Assembly: GCA_002633005.1 (NCBI GenBank)
Contig: NMRA01000012.1
Span: forward strand, 1,542,357-1,606,356
Direction of reading: 5' to 3'
Source: Phoronis australis
Taxonomy: Eukaryota > Animalia > Phoronida
Length of the DNA stretch: 64,000 nucleotides
The position numbers and the translations under genes are program-made. The first letter of the stretch is position 1, and each line of letters begins with the position of its first letter. Under the pieces are notes generated by a model. The model was not told where the DNA came from. It did no database searches and saw nothing but the letters and a program-made list of their open reading frames with translations. Below, piece after piece: positions 52,538 through 63,035 of the stretch.

Positions 52538-52555
52538 CTCGTAAACTTCCGCCAT
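52538..52555 (-). CDS. Chromodomain-transmembrane protein, exon 1 (MAEVYE)
   Basis: AAAATGGCG start context and GAG|GTAAG donor. Supplies the YEVE start of the chromodomain, including the first cage aromatic. CpG-rich flank. Confidence 0.82.
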
Positions 52556-52590
52556 TTTCAAATTTGACGCGTTTGGAAGCGCGCCTAGCG
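52549..52590 (-). promoter_or_regulatory. Promoter-proximal motifs of the chromodomain gene (YY1-like, CHR-like, E2F/MCB-like)
   Basis: On the minus strand: GGCGCGC (52579-52585), ACGCGT (52567-52572), TTTGAA (52557-52562) and AAAATGGCGG over the ATG. Confidence 0.4.
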
Positions 52591-53819
52591 GAGAATACGG
52601 CACAATAACAACCACCGTAAATTTCTGGTCAAATGCCCATCCTGTACCGAGTTGCATGAAACACGGTCCCGGCAAATCAGGGACTCAAATAAGGTCCTTA
52701 AATCTACTGCGTATTTGTGGACACTGATTGTATTTTCCGATGCTGTTTTAGTTGCAGTACTAGTTCAATTCTGACTTTGATTATACAAATCGAGAGTGAA
52801 CTCTACCTTGAAGTAAATCATCACTGCCAAAATAACGGAGTAGAGTATTTTCATGCAACGCTGTTAACTTAAGGACTGAATCGCTATTCATTTTCAGTTT
52901 TTAGGTAAATTTAAGAAAATGTCAGAAGTCAAACAGGAGCACGTAGTTAAGGTAATCAGATTGCAGAAAAAGATTGGCATTTGTGAATAAAACTGACAAA
53001 CTATTTTCCGTTACTAACAAGAACATCCGGGACATCGGGCAAGAACAATAAGTGGCTAATCCATGTATTGCCTGTGACCGTTCATTTGGAAACATAAAAT
53101 GCTATTTTATTACGGAAAGGAATATCACGAGAGTCTAATTCGATTTCTGTTTTTAATTCAGCTACTGAAACACTGAGGAAGCCGGAAAACCAGCTTGGAA
53201 AATTTTCGGACTTTTGTTTAAGTCTGTTATCTCACGACTCCATCAAAACGATGTCTGTAAGTTCTGTATTTTTTAAATTAAAATTAAATGGAAAAGCACT
53301 AGGAATCAGCTATTTACAATAGACTAAGCCTAATCAGCCCCACTGAGGCCAAAGCTAGACAACACAACAACAATTTCGTATCCTCTGTGAAATGGAAAAT
53401 TTACAGACGTGAACTGCGAATTTACATTAACAAAATGTCGGAGCCTCTTAATTATTCCATACAGTAATAACAAATTCAACGCGCACGTAACGTGTGGCGC
53501 TCCGCTTAGACTAAAACTGAATGAATCATGAACGATTGGGTGCAAAATTAAAATTATTAACTTCACGTTCCGTACATTATTTCCGTGAAATGCGTAAACA
53601 GCTTAATTTTTTATCAATTTAAGATGTCCGAAAAGGCTGGAATTTGGAACGGCTATTTTTCAATTTACAATATCAGTAGTTTCGTGATTCGATAAAGTTT
53701 AGAGAACGGCTGTGTATTTCACGACCAATGTATTAATTTTTTAAATCAAATTCTTAAACATTTGCAGAAGAGCAAGTTCCATGGCAAAGTCTCGATCCAA
53801 ACTGATCTTAGTCTACCTA

Positions 53820-54300
53820 CTTAAAGGTATATGTGCGACCCTACAAAATGCCCAAATTTAGCCAGCTTCGGAGTCGTTCTTAGAAATGACAGCTGATTGT
53901 ATTCATTTGAAAGTTTCACTGAGATAGTATGCTTTATACACAGTTCTCTAAGACGCTTACTTTTGTACGAGGGTCTAGCTAAAGTTGAACTTTTATGATT
54001 ATCAAAACTTAAGTTGTGTAAAATGAAAACGGGATAATTTTATTTTTTAGAAAACTGCAACAATTTTTTAGAGATCCTGAACATTTATATTTTAAAACGA
54101 AATCGATATCTTTGTCCTACCGTCGACGTACCTTCTAAAAAGACATGGTCACGGTCACATGATCAATATCAGATTGGTAAAAAGTCAGAAAACGAATTCT
54201 GCAAGTTTTCAACTTTCAAAAAAAAATATATATATACTTTACAGGGGGTTAAAATCTGAAGGCTTTCGGTTGGCTAAATGCACAGTCGTGTCGACAACTA
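53820..54300. repeat. Second copy of the dispersed repeat seen at about 7470-8430
   Basis: Shares GACCCTACAAAA, CTAAAAAGACATGGTCAC and CTTTCA.AAA..ATATACTTT motifs. Confidence 0.45.
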
Positions 54301-57300
54301 GGTCTTCCGTAACCTTGAAAATTTTGCCGAATAGGCAGCAAAATGATACCCTGGTATTTCAGTAACGTCTACGAAAACGAGAAGAAATCACACTTGCAGT
54401 GTAGGTCATTTGATTTTACCCAACTCCCTGACCTATGTTTACATGATCATCCGGGTATCTCTAGATAGTCTTGCTGAAATGCATGTGCTCCGATTGCTAT
54501 TGCTGGCGTGAAGCCGTGACATTCGCGGTTAATTTGAAAATCGCGGAGTGTCACTCAGCTACAGATCGTGACAAGCGCAAAATAATAAAAAATAAATAAA
54601 TAAATCGCCTTCGGCTTAAGTTACGACAACCCTTTAGGAACATATCAGTGACTTCTTTAAAACATTTTTAACACAAAAATCGATCTGTTGAAGACACGTG
54701 CTACCTGTCGTAACCGTCGACCGTTTCTTGTAAAGCAAATGGCACGTGACCTTGCCTTTCAATTACATTTGATCATGGTGGTTAAATCAATGCTGTGTTA
54801 TGGGAAGAAAGTTTTAACTGTAATCAGAGTAGTCTGTTTTCAGCATCATGCCCCATAGTAACTCTTTTACCAGCACTGAATATAGAGCCTACTGAATTGA
54901 GGTGCGTGCACTTTTAGTGTAGTTGAATTTTATAATTTTATTGTATGGGACGGAATAGGTATAGCTACGACCGCTGCATATATTTCTATACTGTATTTTG
55001 TTTTTTTTCTTTGGGATAGTGATCTTTTAGCGGCACTTGGTTTTGTTTGTCCCCTCTTTTAATTGCGGCATAAACTCATGGGTAGCTATGGCCTCAGTCG
55101 CTTTAAGCTGCTGCGAACCCGCCTTCCGCCAAGGACAGATGCCAACATTAGATCAGGTCAAATTTACTTAATAACCAAATTCGAAAAGTGGGATTGAAAA
55201 AAAGACATTTCGTTATTGTTTCAGACCAGGCTCAGCAAAATCGTTGGAGTCCAATTTCACAGCGCTTTACCGCGGCAATCAAGTTCAAGTGTACGTCATG
55301 AGACGGTATAGTTTGGTGGATTCCAAAGAAATAGTGAGTTGACGCTATGAGTTATGCAAAAACTACATTCACCACGACTAACCCCGAAGTCTTACACATG
55401 GGTCAGGACCGAAGGAAAATGCCGTGTCAGTGGCAGCCGGAAGATGTTAATTGTATGATTGCAAGTTACAACAATTTCTTTTTCTACTGCGCGGTTGGCG
55501 TTAGTTACTCGCCTATCCAATGTCACAGCGACACCTAAATCATAGCCTTGAGAAAGAGTGCATAGACCCTATTACTAAACTAAAGTGAATGAGTTTTTGC
55601 TGATCAAGGAGCAGCTACGCTATTGCGTAATTCAAGGAGCTTATAGTACATAAAGAATACAACTCGTGGTTGCTCAGGGTACTGCCACAACAAGGTAGTT
55701 CTCACTTATCAAGATAACACAAATACCTAGAACCCTATTACTTTGTATTCAACACAATTTAAGGTCAGCTGATTTTCAAACCAATCTAACCTCAACACTC
55801 ACATGCTGGTGAAAGGGTCATTGTTATTCATGTGTTTTGTGTTAAAGAACAACAATCAAAAGTAGCTGTTTAGCTGGTCAACTGTTGCTTCCTAAGAGTA
55901 ATTGAAATAGTCGCCAGTTTGGCCAGCACAAGAACACTGTGTTACTAGAGCCCAGTCTTATAAACTGGTGAAGAAAGCCAGTTGTGAAAATAGTGTGTAC
56001 TCATTGATAAAAGACACGTCTTAGCGTGCAGAACAATTTGGTGAACAGAGCAAGAAGTTAGATAAGATCAAGTGAACTTATATTTACTAACTGTCCTTAA
56101 CAAACAACAAAAGTGATCAATACACATTCCTCAATTTGCACTGTGTAAGCGCATAATTCTATCTTTAATATTATTCCAATATTAAATAACAAAATATTGC
56201 CACAGGTCATAAAACATACCACTGCAACACATCCAAACAATGAAAGATAATCACCAGGTGGTGCTAACGAGGAATGGCACTTTTTTTGTTGAAGGCGCAA
56301 CAACCCAGTGTTATGTTGTTCCTTTCGCAGACTGAAAGTGTTTTATGGAGTTGAAAACAGCTAGCAGATCATTACTGAATCAGACCCTGATCAACAAGTT
56401 GGCTCGCCACAGCAGAACAGTTTCAACCAATCAAGACCATCAGGGTTAATTTCAGGCGCTATCCCTTTCAAATCGAACAAGGGATAAGAATGCAATGAGG
56501 GTTACTTGGAAGAGCAAATACGCCTGTGAAGAAAGTCGTTTTTTGACTCCATAACAGAGTTTGTAACGGCCTTAACTGAATACATGTAGGACAGAAAAAA
56601 TGCTCACAAGTACAAGAATGCTTGTGGGGTGAGGATCCCGCTTAAGTCACTATCTGAATACATAACTTTTTACTGGAAAGACCGTTTTCCCTACTATTAA
56701 ACACCACCTAGTGAAATTTGAAGTCCACATTGTTCCCTCCACCTGTATCACCCAAGTCCCTGTAGTGCTGAAACTGAATGGTTCTTCCAAGTCACTGAGC
56801 AAACGAACGTTTTCCACATTGCACCACCAGACACGTTACCAAGTCAGAAAACCTTTATCTACATTCAATATCTTTGGAAAACATGGAAATACAAGCTTTA
56901 AAGTAGATAAACTGTCAACAATCTTGAAGATATTTCAAGCATTCAGACACACACCAATCTTAATCTGAGCACTGTAATTGTTGTATAACTACATTAACAT
57001 ATTAACAATCTATCCATATGCATCCATATATTGATCAGTGGAGGTGAAAGTGAACATTTGCTAGCAGTACAAATGACCTGTCTTCCTGGGTTCTTAAGTT
57101 ACCAGAGCCTGTGGCTTAAACCATACACAAGAGAGCATAAGAAACCCAAGGAAATAGAGTCAAAACTTTGTTTACCAAACTTAACTTTGGACTCCAATTC
57201 CCATTTATTTCATCCTTACCCATGTGTCATTTTTCAAATTCAGACATGACACGCAACAACTGTAGCCATTTATCAATTGTCATAATTCCATTGTCTGCTT

Positions 57301-57357
57301 CATAATCTTGATGTCCAACACTTAACCTCAAAGTCCCCAACCCATATTTCATTGCTA

Positions 57358-57504
57358 TCAAGCGGAAAAGAGATCGCCAGCAGAGGGCAGTGGTGCAAGT
57401 CCTCCAGTTATCTCGGGTAACCGTGTTAGATCTGGTAAGTTCTTTATGTGTGACTCTAGCTGCTCACGAACTGTGTTGACCTTGTTCAGCTTCTCCTTAT
57501 ATTC
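57358..57504 (-). CDS. RPRD1B: RPRD1A/B-like, last exon
   Basis: EYKEKLNKVNTVREQLESHIKNLPDLTRLPEITGGLAPLPSAGDLFSA* matches the RPRD1 C-terminus; CTTCTGCAG acceptor. Confidence 0.93.
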   Translation of the reverse strand, partial: EYKEKLNKVNTVREQLESHIKNLPDLTRLPEITGGLAPLPSAGDLFSA

Positions 57505-57526
57505 CTGCAGAAGGGCGTACACTTAA

Positions 57527-57665
57527 GTCATTACCACAGCAACAGGTGGCACTAACAATTCAGAAGGTCATACACTAAGGTCATTGCCACAGCAACAAGT
57601 AGCACTAACAATGCAAAAGGTCATACACTAACTATAAAGGTCATTGCTACAGCAACAGGTAGCAC
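57527..57665. repeat. Intronic tandem repeat, unit of 53-60 bp, about 2.5 copies
   Basis: GTCATT.C.ACAGCAACA.GT.GCAC at 57527, 57580 and 57640. Confidence 0.85.
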
Positions 57666-57900
57666 AAAAGATGCAGACCAAAGAATACTGGGACAATAAT
57701 GACAACAATTGGAAAGAGTCAATACACAACCATTAAAATCCACATATTCATTGGCCTCATAAAACTAATCACTGTACAAGGTAGTATTCAGCACGAGGCA
57801 CATGAAGTTTCCAACAATGTTCCTATCATGCACACATTGAAAGGTTTTCACCAAAATGCCAAAAAATACACATCAACATTTGACTTGGGAATAACTTTAC

Positions 57901-58076
57901 CTCCAACTTCTTCTCGGACAGAGACAACTGTTCCTTCTGACAGACGATGAAATCTTTTAACATGACCGCCAGTGTTTTACGCTCATCTAGTTCTGTTGCC
58001 AGCCGTCTGTTATATTGATCCAGCATGAGGCAGGCATCATCCACTGAGGCAGTCAGCTTATTTGCTGACTCCTTAT
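57901..58076 (-). CDS. RPRD1B: RPRD1A/B-like exon (coiled coil)
   Basis: DKESANKLTASVDDACLMLDQYNRRLATELDERKTLAVMLKDFIVCQKEQLSLSEKKLE; 176 bp with AG/GT borders. Confidence 0.93.
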
Positions 58077-58309
58077 CTGTAAAATACCATAGCACAAATG
58101 AGTGATCCACATGACCTGGTGACAATTTTGGTGCTGTAGATTCTTTCTTCCCAGTAATCACAGTTTGGTCTGTAGAATATTCTTACTTCAGGCTCGATCA
58201 TACGAAGCACCGGCCTTGGAAAGGAACCCAAAAATCACCTACAAATAGGAAATTCTGACCCCAAAACAAAGCTTTAACCTTGGAAAGGAAGTAGTTACGT
58301 GTACCTTGA

Positions 58310-58560
58310 AACACCATTCTCAAACAGACCCACGCCCTACACCACAGTGCCTCCACACCATACTCAAACAGACTCAACCTCCCACACCACCATGCCTTCA
58401 TACCATACTCAAACAGACCCACGTCCCACACCACCATGCCTTCATACCGTACTCAAACAGGCCCGTGTCCCACACCACCATGCCTTCATACCACAACACA
58501 TGACCCATACCACCATGCCTTCATAACATGCTCAAATACACACACGGCCCACACCACCAG
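58310..58560. repeat. Intronic minisatellite, unit of about 44 bp
   Basis: CCATACTCAAACAGACCCACGTCCCACACCACCATGCCTTCATA repeated with variation. Confidence 0.85.
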
Positions 58561-58578
58561 TTATTGTACAGGACCCAC

Positions 58579-58705
58579 CTTTTATTTTCTCTAGCTGCGA
58601 CACATCCGACACTTCTTGTGGAAGTGCTGCTATTTTTTCTCTTATGGCTGCGTCACTCGACGCGGAATGTTCCAGTTCTGACAACAGCTTGACTAGTTCG
58701 TCAGC
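58579..58705 (-). CDS. RPRD1B: RPRD1A/B-like exon
   Basis: ADELVKLLSELEHSASSDAAIREKIAALPQEVSDVSQLEKIK; 127 bp with AG/GT borders. Confidence 0.93.
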
Positions 58706-58983
58706 CTGGAAAGAATTGCACCTATATACTGACATACCAATTTCTCTTCTAAATGACAGCTGGCGAACTTTTGCAGCAATCATGTTGGAACATTTCTCTC
58801 TCAGCTGCCAAACACGATTTACACACTCCAGCTTTTCTGTTGTAACTGTGGTCAAAAACTGACACAGCCACAAAAGTTAATTATTATTAAGATTAAAATA
58901 CAAAATCTCAATGTTTTTTGAGGCAAAACATCACCTACGGAAGGTGGACTGAGGTCTAAATATCAATGATGACATTATCTTAC

Positions 58984-59090
58984 ATCGGGGGGATCCCTGG
59001 GCTCATCCGTTAAAGAATCTTGAGGGCCTTCCTGGAGTGACAGCACCTCTTCCAGTTTGACTTTCTTGGCAGGAACGGGCTCCGACTCAG
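58984..59090 (-). CDS. RPRD1B: RPRD1A/B-like exon (linker)
   Basis: CTTACAG phase-1 acceptor and GAT|GTAAG donor; AESEPVPAKKVKLEEVLSLQEGPQDSLTDEPRDPPD keeps frame between its neighbours. Confidence 0.85.
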
Positions 59091-59540
59091 CTGTAAGATG
59101 AAAAATGCAATCTATAGTTCATGAGATACAATCAAATGACCCTGACATTAGGGTCAAGGAAATTAAAAAACCCAGTGAAGAGTGATCACCTAGAGCATGC
59201 TATAATGGGATAATTCAAACTCTCCAGGTGGCGCTATTGTGACAACAAACCTACCTGTAGAAATACTCAAGTAATCATGAGGGACTGTTCTTCCACAGAC
59301 TGATGAACTGCTTTCAACTCTCAATCTATTCAGGTGTTAAAAAGAGTAGCATTTATTCATTAGCACCACCTGGTGAATGTTTCGTATCCCTATGATTTAC
59401 ACCAGCATTACAATGTGATGTATCAAACAAGCCATTAGAAAATCAGGAAATTACACACAGCAAGTGATATATGACAACAATTTCACATTAAATGACCATA
59501 TGTGCTGATTCTATAATCCCAATGCTTAATTTTGAACTTC

Positions 59541-60298
59541 TTAAAACAAGTAAACAGTATAAAATCTGCAGTTGCATACTACAAATTGTTTACATTGTAA
59601 ATGTTTCAACATCGCTCTGCTAACTGTCTTGGGTATCAGCGGTACAAAGTGATTAGGTACAAAGACTCTGTCCTTTTCTAATGACCCTTTCCTTGTCCAC
59701 ATAATATACAAGCATTGCCCAGTCTCGCGCCTCCTAGGTTCGATAAGACCATGTAGGAGATGCCTCAATCTCTCACACTTGGGCAAATTTGGATAGACAG
59801 AGAACACAGGTCTTCTGAGTACGCTACATAGGGCAAGCAAGTGTATACAGCAACTCCACATTTTGTCCTTCACTGTCAGTCTAGCTTCACTTTCCACTTT
59901 ATTTGTGTCTGAGTTTCCGGTCGTTTGCGTAGACAATGACATTACAAAGTACGTAGATGTGGAGAGGGCACCAGGATTTTCACTAGCCTGCTGAAATTTT
60001 GGATGTGTCGCGTAATATGTAGAATTCTCGCACAGCTCTGCAGCAGTCAACATCTTTAGTGGTCTGGACAGGCTGTAATCACCCGCATACACCAGAGACA
60101 CAGAGTTGTAAAGGCAATTGCCATCAGACAAAGTCTTCATTGGTAATAAGTCTTGGCCTATGTCATAAGGAAGAATAGACATGGACATTTTATCTACATC
60201 GGTTGGGCTCTGAACACTGCGCCTTGATTTGAGGTCTAGCAATTTGTATAGCTTGTCACTCAACTGTACTGTGTCCACTCCATGCTGTACGGCATTAG
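59541..60298 (-). CDS. Vertnin-like OTU-fold cysteine protease domain, nested in an RPRD1 intron
   Basis: Open frame of about 250 aa with PMKTLSDGNCLYNSVS (Cys codon 60114-60116), W...IHLLALCSVLRRPVFSVYP and IMWT...PNHFVPL (His codon 59649-59651). Strong acceptor TTTCTTTTGTCTTGTTTCAG ending at 60299. Confidence 0.8.
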
Positions 60299-60786
60299 CT
60301 GAAACAAGACAAAAGAAAGCTCCGATATAAGTGCTGGACATGGTGATAAAGTTTTTCAATACTTATAATTTACATCTACCTGAAACCGGCCATCTGATCT
60401 CTTAATAATATAAAAAGTAGATAAACATCTCCATACGACAGAACTGTTTTTTCTCTATGATTCCAGCAGAATTTGAATGGACCGACTTGAATGTTTAAAT
60501 AACTCAATTTACAAAAAATCATGCAGATTAACAACTGATATTGTTTTGTTGTTATTTTTTAATGTCAAATACTGCCAGTCTCCGGTGTGTTGAGACTCAT
60601 TGACTTTGTAATATGAACCTGTTACAGTGTATGTTATTAGATGTGAGGCGTTTTAAAACAAAAGACAAAAAGCAGGCTTTTCACCCTCTAGAGGCGACTA
60701 GTATCCTGCCTCCCAAGATCAATTACGATGTTGCTAGTTGAGTGTCTCCCACTGCGTTCCAACGTGGATAAAAATCACAAGACTAA

Positions 60787-61010
60787 GCCTAAGTCACAGT
60801 CGCACGAGTTCCTGTGGGCAGTCTACTTGCAAAAAAATGCAAAAAAAGCATGGAGGGTGTACGTGTGACGTGATGATTTTTGAGCCATACAGAGACCGCA
60901 GAGGCTCTTTGTCCTGTCAAGCAAACTCTACAGGTGCTTATGTTTCTTTTTTTTGAAGCATGCCAAAATTTGCACGGCCAAAAAATCGTACGTCAGGTTG
61001 TAACCTAGCC
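60787..61010. mobile_element. Possible decayed Harbinger-type MITE
   Basis: GCCTAAGTCACA...CGCACGA versus TCGTACG...TGTAACCTAGCC are imperfect inverted ends. Confidence 0.3.
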
Positions 61011-61149
61011 TTTAGATAAGTCCATGTGCCCGGTATATTCCAAACTAAATTTAAAACATAAAAGACAAAATTCTGTTTTTTGATTTGCATGCATATTATT
61101 GCTCTAGATTATCACCCTAATATCAAAAACAAGCATCTAAACTACTTAC

Positions 61150-61188
61150 CAAGTTTCCAGGAAATCTCAGTAATAGCTGGAAGATGAC
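61150..61188 (-). CDS. Candidate 39-nt symmetric microexon of the RPRD1-like gene
   Basis: CATTGTTTTAG acceptor and TTG|GTAAGT donor; phase 1-1 and open (GHLPAITEISWKL). Confidence 0.55.
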
Positions 61189-62109
61189 CTAAAACAATGT
61201 ACATGCTGAGTTGATGAGTACAATGCAGGCAGTACTTGTGGTATGCACTGCAACAGGGATGATGTTGTAGTGATACAGCACTATCGGTCATCACTCCTTC
61301 ACCACGTAATGCCGTCCATTTTCACTCTCTGCGTCAGCTTATGCAAAACTTTCTAATTATTGTGATCACTCCTTCACTGGGTTAGGCTAGCCATTTTCAT
61401 TCTCTGCGAGAGCCATTTTCTAATCACTTCAAATGTCACTAAATTTTAAGAACATATGCAACAAATAGCATCCTTAAAAATATTTTTTACACGGAAACAT
61501 TCGATTTTTAAAACCTTTCTCGAACGGATTTTTGTTATTCTTGATGTATTGGACTATCCAGAGAGTCTTAACAGTGCTTCAGCAACACTCAAATGCAGGT
61601 TTGTCAAATGATACATAAAGTAGCCTCTTCACCCATATTGCATCACTGCAAGAAAACAGCAAACAAAAAATGTGCAATAGCAATAGCTTGCCAGTACACC
61701 CAGTACAAGTATGACTCCAGCAACCATAGTGTATTGTGTATGAGTGTAATTTGTAGCTGTTTGTAATAAGTGAGAATTCTTACAGTGATGTAGACGAAAG
61801 TCAGGCAATAAGGCAAACTGTTCATTACACGAGCCAACTTCTTCCTTTGGGACAAAGTCAAGTTTTTGATGCATTGCATGAAGTAAATTTACATGTGTTA
61901 CAGTTCAAGATAGGTTTTAAAATGGCAAAATAGCATTTTTAATTTTTCACAAAGGTGCAAATCATAGCTGCAATGGATTCAACAAATGAATGATGAAGTT
62001 GAAAAAACGATTCTCATTTACATCAAAAGTTAATTGTATCTGCAAAAATTTTTTAACGCTAATTTAATGAGTAAAATTCCAAAATTTTTATCAAAGCATC
62101 CATGGTTAC

Positions 62110-62216
62110 CTAAAGCAAATCTCAGCTGTTGTACGACATCTTTCTGCAGTGACTGCCTTTCATCCCAGATCTTCACCAACCTGTTGATGGACTGATGGGT
62201 TTTTTCATCTGTGTCA
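62110..62216 (-). CDS. RPRD1B: RPRD1A/B-like exon (end of CID domain)
   Basis: SDTDEKTHQSINRLVKIWDERQSLQKDVVQQLRFAL; the RLxxIWxER motif is typical of CID domains; ends in phase 1. Confidence 0.92.
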
Positions 62217-62585
62217 CTGTAAAGCAGGCTTGAAACTATTACACATTGTAGTACTGGCATATTTCTTCACAGTCTTTACTTCAACCCTGTATATGCAAAA
62301 CGATGCACTAATAAGCTTTAAAACTTTCTTTGAAAAGAGATTATACATGTAGATTGAAAAATTGTTAAACATGGATTTCTTGCATTAAACTCAAATACTA
62401 GAAACTAACATTAGAAACTTTTCTCATTAGCGGAGATTAATATCATTTACTAATATCATAAGCAAAAATTTACTAAGAAAGAACTATCAGTCAAAATGAT
62501 ATTTGAGTCAAACTTTGAGATGCCGTAAGTTACAACTTAAATTCAGCATCTTGCGTTGTTCTGGTTCCCCACAAGGTGTCGTTAC

Positions 62586-62715
62586 CTGACAGTGTGTGAC
62601 ACAGCTCCAGGCAGTACTTCCCCAAATGCTGTCCTCAGCTCAGGGCCCTTTTTCTTACTGTTCTGTATGGCATCATTAGCAAGGTACAGAAATGTCAGCT
62701 TTCGGTGCGACACAG
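62586..62715 (-). CDS. RPRD1B: RPRD1A/B-like exon (CID domain core); exon 1 is outside the window
   Basis: RKLTFLYLANDAIQNSKKKGPE is the RPRD1 CID signature; 130 bp with AG/GT borders. Confidence 0.95.
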
Positions 62716-63035
62716 CTGTAATGATAACACTACTTATGAGACAATCCGACATATGGGGATCGTAATCATAATCCAAACACAAAGATCAGCCCAATCCTAA
62801 CTGGCCTATTAAAAACTGAGGATGTTTAAGCAGTCGGGTTAAACTTACTATTTCTAAATAGTTGTAATAAGTGGCAGGCTGACCTTTAAGAAGCATGGCA
62901 GCGTGCAATGATACTTTTGAAACAAAATAGTTTGGTTCATGTTTTGGGGTAGAACCCTGTATTTTGGTCCAAAAACATGGTGGTTTATCATTCCTAATAA
63001 CCCATGCTAATTGACACAAGCAGGAGAATTCAACA

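Noticed and set aside
58198-58526. Repetitive short ORFs
   Set aside because: Translations of the intronic minisatellite.
59245-59265. TTTCTACAG|GTAGG juxtaposed acceptor/donor (recursive splice site) on the minus strand
   Set aside because: The intron is short and such a motif can easily arise by chance; no other support.
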